Origin: Eledone cirrhosa
Taxonomy: Eukaryota
Length of the DNA: 64,000 nt
Direction: 5' to 3'
Assembly: GCA_964016885.1 (NCBI GenBank)
Contig: OZ024742.1
Coordinates: 222,394,001-222,458,000 of the forward strand
A program made the translations under genes and the position numbers. The notes beneath the pieces were generated by a model that saw only the letters and a program-made list of their open reading frames with translations, was not told where the DNA came from and did no database searches. Each line of letters opens with the position of its first letter. Within the stretch, counting starts at the first letter, position 1. Positions 49,703 through 62,414 of this stretch are shown here, piece by piece.

Positions 49703-49746
49703 AGTCACTGAAGAGGTCACAGAGTGTGTGACGAAAGAACTATGAC
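49703..49746 (+). ncRNA. Type I minimal hammerhead ribozyme in Penelope pLTR
   Basis: aGTCA-CTGAAGA-G-GTCACA-gagtg-TGTGAC-GAAA-G-aa-C-TA-TGAC, about 200 nt downstream of the ORF stop. Confidence 0.65.
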
Positions 49747-49973
49747 AATATATAAACAACTATCTGGTTGTGGAACCAACCAACCAACCAACCAGAAATT
49801 TATAAATTTATTATAATAAATTGAAGTGAAAGCAACTGGTGCATGTGTTTCTTATTGGCAACATGACCCTCCCAAAGTATAACAATATATATATATATAT
49901 ATATATAAAACCCATGCTAGCGTGGAAAATGGACGTTAAACGATGACAATGATGATGATGATATATATATATA

Positions 49974-50050
49974 CAAGGTGTCCCCCAAAAATATATACAC
50001 ATTTATTAGAATGCTGCTGAAGTGTGTATACATTTTGTGGGGACACCCTG
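49974..50050. mobile_element. Tc1/mariner-type MITE
   Basis: TA|caaggtgtcccc ... ggggacaccctg|TA, in reverse orientation to 5379-5457. Confidence 0.8.
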
Positions 50051-50522
50051 TATATAGCCAGGAGTTGCAACTGACAGATAGTATCATTAATGGAAAGACC
50101 AATGGGAACTTTGTTACCTTGGTTTGATCTGAGAATTGGCTCCTTTCTTTTTCTTTTACTTTATTTTACCTGAAATGTTCTATTTTCTGGTTCTGTGGCA
50201 GCCAGAAATAATCAAGAGAAAGCCAGGTATAGAAAGACTGATTTCTGCTGCATTACTGAATTGACAGGTAGGAGTGATAAAGCCAGGTATATATATATAT
50301 ACACATATATACACATATATACACACACATAGTGTAACTGATTTCTGCTGTGTTATTCAATTGACAGCTAGGTCACTCTTTTGACAGGCTGATGGCTGTT
50401 AAAAGTAGAAAAACCAACACCACTTCCTTGTATATATATTAGGAATATTGACCCTGTCTGTCTGGCTACACACCTGGTGTTTGTTCATAGATAGGTTTTC
50501 AGACCTCGCCCATTGCTGCTGC

Positions 50523-51193
50523 TGCATCATCATCACCACCACCATCATCACCACCACCACCACCACCACCATCACCACCACCACCACGACCACCATCATC
50601 ATCACAACAACCACCATCACCACGACCACCATCACCACCACCACCACGACCACCATCATCATCACAACAACCACCATCACCTCAACCTCCACCACCACCA
50701 CCACCAGCATCATCACCACCACTACCTTCATCACCACCACCACCACCATAATCGTCATCATCACCATCACAACAACCACCACCACCAGCACCACATCATC
50801 ACCATCACTACCTTCATCATCATCACCACCACCACCACTACCATAATCGTCATCATCACCATCACAACCACCATCACCACAACCTCCACCACCACCACCA
50901 CCATCAACATCAACACCACTACAATCACCACCACCATCATCAACACCACCATCGCCACCACCATCATCAACACCACCACCACCACCACCATAATCGTCAT
51001 CATCACCATCACAACCACCATCACCACAACCTCCACCACCACCACCATCATCAACACCACTACAATCACCACCACCACCACCATCATCATCAACACCACC
51101 ATCATCATCAACACCACAACGCCACCACCATCATCAACACCACCATCGCCACCACCATCAACAACACCACCATCGCCACCACCATCATCATCA
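50523..51193. repeat. (CAC/CAT/CAA)n trinucleotide tract with block duplications
   Basis: The marker accataatcgtcatcatcaccatcacaac recurs three times. Confidence 0.92.
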
Positions 51194-51199
51194 TTTATA

Positions 51200-51345
51200 C
51201 TTGGATGGGTTGGATGGTTCTTCTCTGGCTGAGCTTCTCTCCACCTGTTTCTTTTGTTACCTTCTCTGTGAGGAGGATCAGCATCTTGAGATCAGTTCTC
51301 ACCACTTCTGCTCCAGTCTTCCTCTACTGCAGCTTCCTTCCAGTA
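51200..51345 (-). mobile_element. Old RTE 3' fragment
   Basis: Decayed homology to 6300-6450 (gagatcagttctcaccacttctgc, gtcttcctctac). Confidence 0.5.
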
Positions 51346-51351
51346 GGAGAT

Positions 51352-51963
51352 AAGATATGTTTCTTTATTAGCCACAGCGGCACAAAAGAAGGGGACAAAT
51401 ACAAAGGGGGAAGTTTACATACAATAAAAACGTGTAAAATGTTATCACAAATGCAATTAAAAAAATTAGTCGATTTTCCCCAATAGAGGGAGACGGTTCA
51501 TATGGGTAACACATACCCCCGAAAAAATGTGCAACCCTCATCTCCAGGAGTACGAAGAGTTTGTACTCCTTTCCTCTCCTCCTCCTTTTCCTCAACCTAC
51601 AGGCTGATATAGAGAGAAGGCCCATTCACTCGGGCCATTCTCGCCACTTTCACCCACCTTTCATAAAACTTGCTGGGGTACAGCACCTCTCTCTCCATCC
51701 TGATTCTTCTTCCAAAGTGGTATTTGAAAAAAAGAATCAGTTGTTGGCCGGAGAGAAAGGTGTCTGATCTCAGCCCTTTCAACCTTGTCCACCATATAAC
51801 CTCTTTCGCCATAGCTATCACACAAAGGAAAACCGCCTCTCCTTCGTTTTTGAAGGAGGGTGGCGGTTTGATCATGACAATGGCCTCGGTGGTCAACCGG
51901 ATTGGTCCCACCCGCGACAATAGTTGTTCTACATAGCCCCACAGGTCAGTGACGCCTGGGCAG
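51352..51963 (-). mobile_element. Tx1/L1-like LINE 3' end
   Basis: CPGVTDLWGYVEQLL...AMAKEVIWWTR...FYERW matches the region after the CCHC knuckle of L1/Tx1 ORF2. The stop is at 51597 and the 3' UTR ends gctaataaagaaa. Confidence 0.7.
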
Positions 51964-52290
51964 TAAGATAGAAGTACAGACAGTACTGTGGTGGTGGTGG
52001 GGAGGAGGTTCTGTAACTCAGAGATAGATGTACAGACAGTACTGTAGTGATGGTGATGTGGGGAGGAGGTTCTGTAACTCAAAGACAGTACTGTGGTGGT
52101 GGTGTGTGTTAGAAGGTAGGGTAGGTATTGGGGTATTCTGGAACTCAGAGACAGATATACAGACATTACTGTGGTTGGGGGAAGTTCTGGAACTCAAAGG
52201 TATATGTACAGACATTACTGTGGGGGGGGGGGGGGGGGTTCAGACAATACTGTGGGGTGGACAGGAAGAATTCAACTCAAAGATATACAG
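51964..52290 (+). repeat. Decayed tandem repeat of about 55-60 bp (about five copies)
   Basis: tacagacagtactgtggtgg..ggggaggaggttctgtaactca repeated. Confidence 0.7.
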
Positions 52291-52444
52291 AATTAACCAA
52301 CTGAATGTGGGTTGAGAGAGGTAGCTTCTGGAACTTCACTGTCTGACCTATCAATTTTTTAGAAATATCACTTTTTATTTAGAAATATCATTTTTCTTGA
52401 TTTCAATCTCGGATGTTTACTGACTTTCAGCATTGACATTATCA

Positions 52445-54362
52445 TGAGCTTGGAAACAAATGAAGTAGCTGCACATCGACATGAACTCGCTAACTGCACA
52501 TCTATCCAGCTACATATAAACATAAGCTGGATAACAGCTGCACTATCTGCACATGAGCATGAACTCGCTAACAATTAAACCAGAAACACATCAACATGAG
52601 CTGGCTAACAACTAAACTAGCTGCATATCAATACAGACTGACTAACAACTAAACTACCTGCATATCATGAACTAACAACTAAACCAGCTGCATATCAACA
52701 TGAGCTGACTAACAACTAAACTAGCTGCATATCAACATGAGCTGACTAACAACTAAATTAGCTGCACATCAACACAGACTGACTAACAACTAAACTAGCT
52801 ACACAACATGAGCTGACTAACAATTAAATTAGCTGCACATCATGAGCTGACTAACAACTAAACAAGCTGGACATCAACATGAACTGACTAACAACTAAAC
52901 TAGCTACAGATCATGAACTGACTAACAACTAAACTAGCTGCACATCATGAGCTGACTAACAACTAAACAAGGTGCACATCAACACAGACTGACTAACAAC
53001 TAAACTAGTTGCACATCATGAGCTGACTGACAACTAAACAAGGTGCACATCAACACAGACTGACTAACAACTAAACTAGCTGCACATCAACATGAGCTGA
53101 CTAACAACTAAACTAGCTGCACATCAACATGAGCTGACTAACAACTAAACAAGCTGCACATCATGAACTGGCTAACAACTAAACTAGCTGCACATCAACA
53201 TGAGCTGACTAACAACTAAACAAGCTGCACATCATGAACTGGTTAACAACTAAACTAGCTGCACATCAACATGAGCTGACTAACAACTAAACAAGCTGCA
53301 CATCATGAACTGGCTAACAACTAAACTAGCTGCACATTAACATCAGCTGACTAACAACTAAACTAGCTGCACATCAACATGAGCTGACTAACAACTAAAC
53401 TAGCTGCACATCAACACAGACTGACTAACAACTAAACTAGCTGCACATCAACACAGACTGACTAACAACTAAACTAGCTACACAACATGAGCTGACTAAC
53501 AACTAAACTAGCTGCACATCAACACAGACTGACTAACAACTAAACTAGCTACACATGAGCTGACTAACAACTAAACCAACTGGACATCAACATGAGCTGA
53601 CTAACAACTAAACTAGCTGCACAACATGAGCTGACTAACAACTAAACCAACTGGACATCAACATGAGCTGACTAACAACTAAACTAGCTACAGATCATGA
53701 ACTGATTAACAACTAAACTAGCTGCACATCATGAGCTGACTAACAACTAAACTAGCTGCACATCATGAGCTGACTAACAACTAAACAAGCTGCACATCAA
53801 CACAGACTGACTAACAACTAAACTAGCTACACAACAGGAGCTGACTAACAACTAAACTAGCTGCACATCAACACAGACTGACTAACAACTAAACTAGCTG
53901 CACATCAACACAGACTGACTAACAACTAAACTAGCTGCACATCATGAGCTGACTAACAACTAAACTAGCTGCACATCAACACAGACTGACTAACAACTAA
54001 ACTAGCTGCACATCAACACAGACTGACTAACAACTAAACTAGCTGCACATCATGAGCTGACTAACAACTAAACTAGCTGCACATCAACACAGACTGACTA
54101 ACAACTAAACTAGCTGCACATCATGAGCTGACTAACAATTAAACTAGCTGCACATCAACACAGACTGACTAACAACTAAACTAGCTGCACATCAACACAG
54201 ACTGACTAACAACTAAACTAGCTGCACATCATGAGCTGACTAACAACTAAACTAGCTGCACATCAACACAAACTGACTAACAACTAAACTACCTGCACAT
54301 CAACATGAGCTGACTAACAACTAAACAAGCTGCACATCATCATGCATTGACAAACAACTGTA
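52445..54362 (+). repeat. Tandem array of 34/37-bp units (roughly 50 copies)
   Basis: gactaacaactaaactagctgcacatc followed by aacacagact, aacatgagct or atgagct. The left edge is degenerate. Confidence 0.96.
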
Positions 54363-54679
54363 CATGCAACGAACTGCACATGTTTGGTTTTCTGTGTTTT
54401 CTACTCCATGGAATCACATCTTATATTGCTGGAAATTGCTGCAAGTGACAGATTTCACAGAGTTCAGCAACCTCTCTTCTTTACACTGGAGACTATCATT
54501 GTCATCATTATCATCATCATCGTCATCATTATCATCAGCAGCAGCAGCTTCTTCATCATCATCATCATCACAGTCTTCATAATCATCATCATCATCGTCT
54601 TCATTATCATCATCATCATCGTTTTCATTATTATCACTATCATCATCATCATCATCGTCTTCATTATCCTCATCATTGA

Positions 54680-54910
54680 AAAAGATTTTGAAATAAGGAA
54701 AGTATTGACATCGACAGCATGTGATAAATTGAATAATATATGAAAATCTAACCTGAAAAGAAAAATGAAAGTACTTCTGTTTGTGACAAGAGTGGAGTCT
54801 ATTCTGTTATATGGAAGTGAAACATGGACCATTGACAGGGCAATGGAGATAAAGCTGGACAGTTGCTGTACTAGAACATTGCATATGGCACTGAATATGT
54901 CATGGCAAGA
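54680..54910 (+). mobile_element. RTE-type LINE fragment (third family), cut by a SINE
   Basis: DFEIRKVLTSTACDKLNNI*KSNLKRKMKVLLFVTRVESILLYGSETWT...TRTLHMALNMSWQD. Confidence 0.7.
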
Positions 54911-55080
54911 TCATCATCATCATCATCATCATCATCATTGTTTAACGTCCATTTTCCACACTAGCATGGGTAGGACGGGCTGCCCCTTTGTGAGAGATCG
55001 CTCACACTGAACTGATTTTGTCTTGGTTTCTACAGCTTGATGCTCTTCCTAATGCCAACCAGTACTGGGTGCTTTTTGTC
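54910..55080 (-). mobile_element. 3' half of a family A-related SINE running directly into the 47-bp array
   Basis: (CAT)n, ttaacgtccattttccacactagcatggg and tttctacagcttgatgctcttcctaa, then ctgggtgctttttgtc continues into the first array unit. Confidence 0.85.
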
Positions 55081-58000
55081 GTGACACCTACATGACCACT
55101 TTACAGTTTGGGCTGGGCACTTTTGTTGTGACACCTACACGACCACTTTACAGTTTGGGCTGGGCACTTTTGTTGTGACACCTACACGACCACTTTACAG
55201 TTTGGGCTGGGCACTTTTGTTGTGACACCTACATGACCACTTTATAGTTTGGGCTGGGCACTTTTGTTGTGACACCTACACGACCACTTTACAGTTTGGG
55301 CTGGGCACTTTTGTCGTGACACCTACACGACCACTTTACAGTTTGGGCTGGGCACTTTTGTTGTGACACCTACACGACCACTTTACAGTTTGGGCTGGGC
55401 ACTTTTGTTGTGACACCTACACGACCACTTTACAGTTTGGGCTGGGCACTTTTGTTGTGACACCTACACGACCACTTTACAGTTTGGGCTGGGCACTTTT
55501 GTTGTGACACCTACACGACCACTTTACAGTTTGGGCTGGGCACTTTTGTCGTGACACCTACACGACCACTTTACAGTTTGGGCTGGGCACTTTTGTCGTG
55601 ACACCTACACGACCACTTTACAGTTTGGGCTGGGCACTTTTGTCGTGACACCTACACGACCACTTTACAGTTTGGGCTGGGCACTTTTGTCGTGACACCT
55701 ACACGACCACTTTACAGTTTGGGCTGGGCACTTTTGTCGTGACACCTACACGACCACTTTACAGTTTGGGCTGGGCACTTTTGTTGTGACACCTACACGA
55801 CCACTTTACAGTTTAGGCTGGGCACTTTTGTCGTGACACCTACACGACCACTTTACAGTTTGGGCTGGGCACTTTTGTCGTGACACCTACACGACCACTT
55901 TACAGTTTGGGCTGGGCACTTTTGTCGTGACACCTACACGACCACTTTACAGTTTGGGCTGGGCACTTTTGTCGTGACACCTACACGACCACTTTACAGT
56001 TTGGGCTGGGCACTTTTGTTGTGACACCTACACGACCACTTTACAGTTTGGGCTGGGCACTTTTGTTGTGACACCTACACGACCACTTTACAGTTTGGGC
56101 TGGGCACTTTTGTTGTGACACCTACACGACCACTTTACAGTTTGGGCTGGGCACTTTTGTCGTGACACCTACACGACCACTTTACAGTTTGGGCTGGGCA
56201 CTTTTGTCGTGACACCTACACGACCAGTTTACAGTTTGGGCTGGGCACTTTTGTCGTGACACCTACACGACCACTTTACAGTTTGGGCTGGGCACTTTTG
56301 TCGTGACACCTACACGACCACTTTACAGTTTGGGCTGGGCACTTTTGTCGTGACACCTACACGACCACTTTACAGTTTGGGCTGGGCACTTTTGTCGTGA
56401 CACCTACACGACCACTTTACAGTTTGGGCTGGGCACTTTTGTCGTGACACCTACACGACCACTTTACAGTTTGGGCTGGGCACTTTTGTCGTGACACCTA
56501 CACGACCACTTTACAGTTTGGGCTGGGCACTTTTGTCGTGACACCTACACGACCACTTTACAGTTTGGGCTGGGCACTTTTGTTGTGACACCTACACGAC
56601 CACTTTACAGTTTGGGCTGGGCACTTTTGTTGTGACACCTACACGACCACTTTACAGTTTGGGCTGGGCACTTTTGTTGTGACACCTACACGACCACTTT
56701 ACAGTTTGGGCTGGGCACTTTTGTTGTGACACCTACACGACCACTTTACAGTTTGGGCTGGGCACTTTTGTCGTGACACCTACATGACCACTTTACAGTT
56801 TAGGCTGGGCACTTTTGTCGTGACACCTACACGACCACTTTACAGTTTGGGCTGGGCACTTTTGTCGTGACACCTACACGACCACTTTACAGTTTGGGCT
56901 GGGCACTTTTGTCGTGACACCTACACGACCACTTTACAGTTTGGGCTGGGCACTTTTGTCGTGACACCTACACGACCACTTTACAGTTTGGGCTGGGCAC
57001 TTTTGTTGTGAGACCTACACGACCACTTTACAGTTTGGGCTGGGCACTTTTGTCGTGACACCTACACGACCACTTTACAGTTTGGGCTGGGCACTTTTGT
57101 CGTGACACCTACACGACCACTTTACAGTTTGGGCTGGGCACTTTTGTCGTGACACCTACACGACCACTTTACAGTTTGGGCTGGGCACTTTTGTCGTGAC
57201 ACCTACACGACCACTTTACAGTTTGGGCTGGGCACTTTTGTCGTGACACCTACACGACCACTTTACAGTTTGGGCTGGGCACTTTTGTCGTGACACCTAC
57301 ACGACCACTTTACAGTTTGGGCTGGGCACTTTTGTCGTGACACCTACACGACCACTTTACAGTTTGGGCTGGGCACTTTTGTCGTGACACCTACACGACC
57401 ACTTTACAGTTTGGGCTGGGCACTTTTGTCGTGACACCTACACGACCACTTTACAGTTTGGGCTGGGCACTTTTGTCGTGACACCTACACGACCACTTTA
57501 CAGTTTGGGCTGGGCACTTTTGTCGTGACACCTACACGACCACTTTACAGTTTGGGCTGGGCACTTTTGTCGTGACACCTACACGACCACTTTACAGTTT
57601 GGGCTGGGCACTTTTGTCGTGACACCTACACGACCACTTTACAGTTTGGGCTGGGCACTTTTGTCGTGACACCTACACGACCACTTTACAGTTTGGGCTG
57701 GGCACTTTTGTCGTGACACCTACACGACCACTTTACAGTTTGGGCTGGGCACTTTTGTCGTGACACCTACACGACCACTTTACAGTTTGGGCTGGGCACT
57801 TTTGTCGTGACACCTACACGACCACTTTACAGTTTGGGCTGGGCACTTTTGTTGTGACACCTACACGACCACTTTACAGTTTGGGCTGGGCACTTTTGTT
57901 GTGACACCTACACGACCACTTTACAGTTTGGGCTAGGCACTTTTGTTGTGACACCTACACGACCACTTTACAGTTTGGGCTGGGCACTTTTGTTGTGAGA

Positions 58001-58892
58001 CCTACATGACCACTTTACAGTTTGGGCTGGGCACTTTTGTCGTGACACCTACACGACCACTTTACAGTTTGGGCTGGGCACTTTTGTTGTGACACCTACA
58101 TGACCACTTTATAGTTTGGGCTGGGCACTTTTGTTGTGACACCTACACGACCACTTTACAGTTTGGGCTGGGCACTTTTGTTGTGACACCTACACGACCA
58201 CTTTACAGTTTGGGCTGGGCACTTTTGTTGTGACACCTACACGACCACTTTACAGTTTGGGCTGGGCACTTTTGTCGTGACACCTACACGACCACTTTAC
58301 AGTTTGGGCTGGGCACTTTTGTCGTGACACCTACATGACCACTTTATAGTTTGGGCTGGGCACTTTTGTTGTGACACCTACACGACCACTTTACAGTTTG
58401 GGCTGGGCACTTTTGTTGTGACACCTACACGACCACTTTACAGTTTGGGCTGGGCACTTTTGTTGTGACACCTATACGACCACTTTACAGTTTGGGCTGG
58501 GCACTTTTGTCGTAACACCTATACGACCACTTTACAGTTTGGGCTGGGCACTTTTGTTGTGACACCTACACGACCACTTTACAGTTTGGGCTGGGCACTT
58601 TTGTCGTGACACCTACACGACCACTTTACAGTTTGGGCTGGGCACTTTTGTCGTGACACCTACACGACCACTTTACAGTTTGGGCTGGGCACTTTTGTTG
58701 TGACACCTACACGACCACTTTACAGTTTGGGCTGGGCACTTTTGTTGTGACACCTACACGACCACTTTACAGTTTGGGCTGGGCACTTTTGTCGTGACAC
58801 CTACACGACCACTTTACAGTTTGGGCTGGGCACTTTTGTCGTGACACCTACACGACCACTTTACAGTTTGGGCTGGGCACTTTTGTTGTGAC
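55081..58892 (+). repeat. Highly homogeneous 47-bp tandem array (about 81 copies)
   Basis: Unit gtgacacctacacgaccactttacagtttgggctgggcacttttgt(c/t). Confidence 0.98.
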
Positions 58893-59782
58893 TCTAGGGG
58901 AGGGGGTTGGGAACTTGGGTGGAGTGGGGAAGATGCTTGGGTAAATTTGGGGACGTAGGTATATCGGTGGGAGGTGTATGGGAAGGGAGATGGTAGGGGC
59001 AGGTGTTGCCTACTAGGTATATGCCTCAGCTCGAGCATATTGGAGGGCGAGATAGAATGACAAATGAACAGCTAGATTGAGACCTACCACCTGTGTCATC
59101 CAAGGTAGGTGACTGGAAGATGACGTTATCACAAAACTGTATAAGTCACCCAGAGGAAGTGACATACAAACTGGTTCTGTAGAAAACACTATTCAGACAA
59201 AGTAGCATAAGTTTTAGAGTAATAACATGTATTGATACCCTGAGAAAAATACTGGTTTCAACAATTTAGATGAATTGATGACTGTAATGATAGACAAGGA
59301 AGATTGGATACAATGAACTGATTTGATGTGAGTGGAAGTTTGGTCGAAAGGAAAAAAGTGAAGTGATAATCATCATCATAAACATCATCATCATCATCAC
59401 CACCACCACCACTATTACCACCATCATCACCACTACCATCATCCTTATCATCAGCAGTATAATTCATCTGAAAACATATCTATTCATTATCTACAATCCT
59501 AATAATGAAAAGATCAATATAATTCTAATTGTGTCAGTATTATATTTGGACTGGATCACCCCCACCCCACCCCCACCCCCACCCACACACACACTTCCAG
59601 TGCAGTGTGGTGGCCATGGATTGATCCTGAGATATTTAGTTTGAAAAGTAACTGTTTAGAGTCTACTGGGTGAGAGAGATCTGGTCTGCTGGCATTTTGC
59701 CTTAAATTATTGATGTGTGTGTGTGTATAGATGATATATGTGTGTTTGTGTGTATAGATGATATATGTGTGTTTGTGTGTAC

Positions 59783-59823
<41 letters not shown>

Positions 59824-60213
59824 TCAGTTGATATAAAAACTGTAATGCTTGAGTACTGGCTTAGTATGTGTTGACCTGTTCAATCTTCGTTAGTAGGGAA
59901 AGCAAGCATTAACCAATGATAATAATACAAATAAATACACACACACATACATAAATAGACCAGGTCATGGAAGTATGAGAGAACGGTATAATGAAGCTAA
60001 TCATGGAAAGAATTAGCTTATGTGAGATGGAGTTTGAGTTTGTGCCATAACAGGGAACCTCCTATGCCCCTATTCTTAGTTAAGAAGCAACTAAGAAAAC
60101 AAACCAATATAGTTAAGAGTTCATTGACTTGACAGGGAATTCTTTTGGCTTTTCTGGGTTCCTTGCTCTGTAGTTTGGGTGTTGATGGTTGGCTTGTGAA
60201 AGACCGCACTTAA

Positions 60214-60423
60214 CCCTTTAGCATCTAAACTGGCCGTATCCGGCCACAATTTTCTCACCTTTTCCGTTCAAACTGGCTATAACCAGCCACTCATACTTAT
60301 GTTAAGATAAATAAATATTATCAAAATCTAGTAGATTCAATATTATGTGAGATAATTATGTAAGGTAAAGCCTTTACCATGAAAATACAATAGTATATAT
60401 TGAGTAATGTAAATGCTAAAGGG
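60214..60423 (+). mobile_element. TTAA-type (piggyBac-like) MITE, best-preserved copy
   Basis: TTAA|cccttt(t)agcat ... atgctaaaggg|TTAA. Six family copies were seen in the window. Confidence 0.8.
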
Positions 60424-60651
60424 TTAACATTGTGATGGTTGTATCTAAGACATGATAGCCTCTCTAGTACTGGTGCTATGGTAAAACACACTTGACATAG
60501 TGCAGGAACATATGTAAACGAGATGTAGGTGTCCAGCCCATCTGAGTGATCAGTAGCTCTGCTTCAGTCCTAACTCAGTCTGTGAAGATCTATCCAATCC
60601 TTGTTAGCAGAGAAAACAGATGTTAAATAACGATGATGATAATATTAATAA

Positions 60652-60822
60652 TTGTTTCTACATTTGGCACAAGGTCAACAGTTATTCCAGTGTATTACTG
60701 GTAATTTATTTTATCAACCCCATAAGGATGAAAGGCAAAGTTAACCTTGGCGGGATTTGAACTCAGACCATAAAGGGCCGTAACTCTTCCGAACCTCTAC
60801 CGATACTGCCAATCCACTGCTC
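60652..60822 (-). mobile_element. Family B SINE with TSD of about 16 bp
   Basis: tgataatattaataat on both sides. Confidence 0.85.
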
Positions 60823-61374
60823 TGATAATATTAATAATCATCTATTTGATACTTTCCATGATTTTATTTGCCAAAATTTTCAGTTACTTGATTTTATAGG
60901 AGTTATCTTCCTTGGTATTGACTACATGAATAACCTCAGTAAAGCAGTTTTCCCCACTCACTTTACTACTGTTACATACATAAGATATGTTCATTGCATA
61001 ATCAGTTGTTATAATCAGAGTTCTACGCTTACATAAAGAAAAATGATCTCTAACTCCTATTTCTCTTGTTGGTAACACTATATCATATATACACAGTACT
61101 AACTTAGTAACATAACCTCTTCTTCGTTTACTGGTACTAAACAGGTTTTGAATTACCTATGTTTTCTTTTTCTTGCTCCCTGCCAAAAAATAACAAGCAA
61201 AACACATTAAAACCAACAAGAATATATGCAAAAAAAAAAAATCTTAGACAAAGACATCTAAATTTAACCTTTTTTATGCCAAACTGCTTGAAACCAATCC
61301 TGGTTCTATGATACATAGCTATTTATCTCAAAACTATCCAAGAACCTTTATGTTATCAACGCCAGCTTAATCAT

Positions 61375-61556
61375 TGTTTCTACATTTGGCACAAGGCCAG
61401 CAAATACCCAGTACATTACTGGTACTTTATTCTATCGACCCCGTAAGGATGAAAGGCAAAGTTAACCTCGACTGGATTTGAACTCGGACTATAAAGGGAC
61501 ATAACTATGCTTGAAAACATGGCGTCTAACCCTCTACCAATACTGTCAATTTACCA
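61375..61556 (-). mobile_element. Family B SINE with TSD of about 13 bp
   Basis: ccagcttaatcat / ccagcttaataat. Confidence 0.8.
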
Positions 61557-62414
61557 CCAGCTTAATAATGGAATGGTTAGTTGTGTGACCAAATTCCTCC
61601 AAATTCTTGATTATTTTCAAAATTATTTGAAAATTATATGCAATATAAGAGTTAGAGTTTATTATAATGTTATGTAAGAAACTGTGTTAAGTTATGCTCC
61701 AGACACCTGTTTAATAATTAAAAAGTTATTTGTTTTACTACACCCTCCAAATTCTTAATTATTTTCAAAATATTTGAAAACCATAGGCAATACTTTTCAC
61801 TAGGAATATAAAGGAAGGATTAAATATATCTTTATAACTTTTTTTTTTACCTGTTACTGTTTCTTTACTTTCTATTTATTTATTTATTTTTGCTCAGAAT
61901 TGTAAATCTATAGTAATATTATATGCCTTGTATAACAGGAGTATTTTGGCTAAAATGCATATGCACGAACGCACACACACACGCACACACACAGTCAGAC
62001 AGAGAGAGAGACATCTTTGTTTAAATATATATATGCTAGTCAGGAAAAAAGCCATTAAATGATTCTGCAGCTGATGATGATGATATAAGTGTATGTGTGG
62101 TGTATATATATATATATATATATATTTATTTATTTATACATGTATATATATATATTATGATTATTAATATTATTGATATTATTACTATTATTATTATTAT
62201 TATATTTTGTTCTACAGATGGTTTTGGCATAAATACTTAATCCACAACATCCTTAATGTAAAGCTGGAATTTAGAATTGTCACTGCCAATAAAACATGCC
62301 TCCAGCTATTACAGTGTATTTGATATGATATAATACACCATACCTCCAACCATTAGTGTATTTATATATAGTCTATGGACCTGGCTTATCTTATAACGTG
62401 AGAATCCATGTAAC

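Larger units (their letters stand above)
48432..49888 (+). mobile_element. 5'-truncated Penelope-like element with inverted partial pLTR
   Basis: 48487-48577 is the reverse complement of 49797-49888, with an extra tail of about 55 nt on the left arm. Contains a GIY-YIG ORF and a hammerhead in the 3' pLTR. (TA)n flanks. Confidence 0.92.

Noticed and set aside
50399-51232. His/Thr-rich ORFs up to 239 aa
   Set aside because: A trinucleotide tract open in multiple frames, with no splice or domain support. It adjoins the tail of an RTE fragment.
55081-58892. CRISPR-like appearance of the long arrays (also 24160-28465 and 52445-54362)
   Set aside because: The units are head-to-tail with no unique spacers, there are no cas genes, and the context is eukaryotic.
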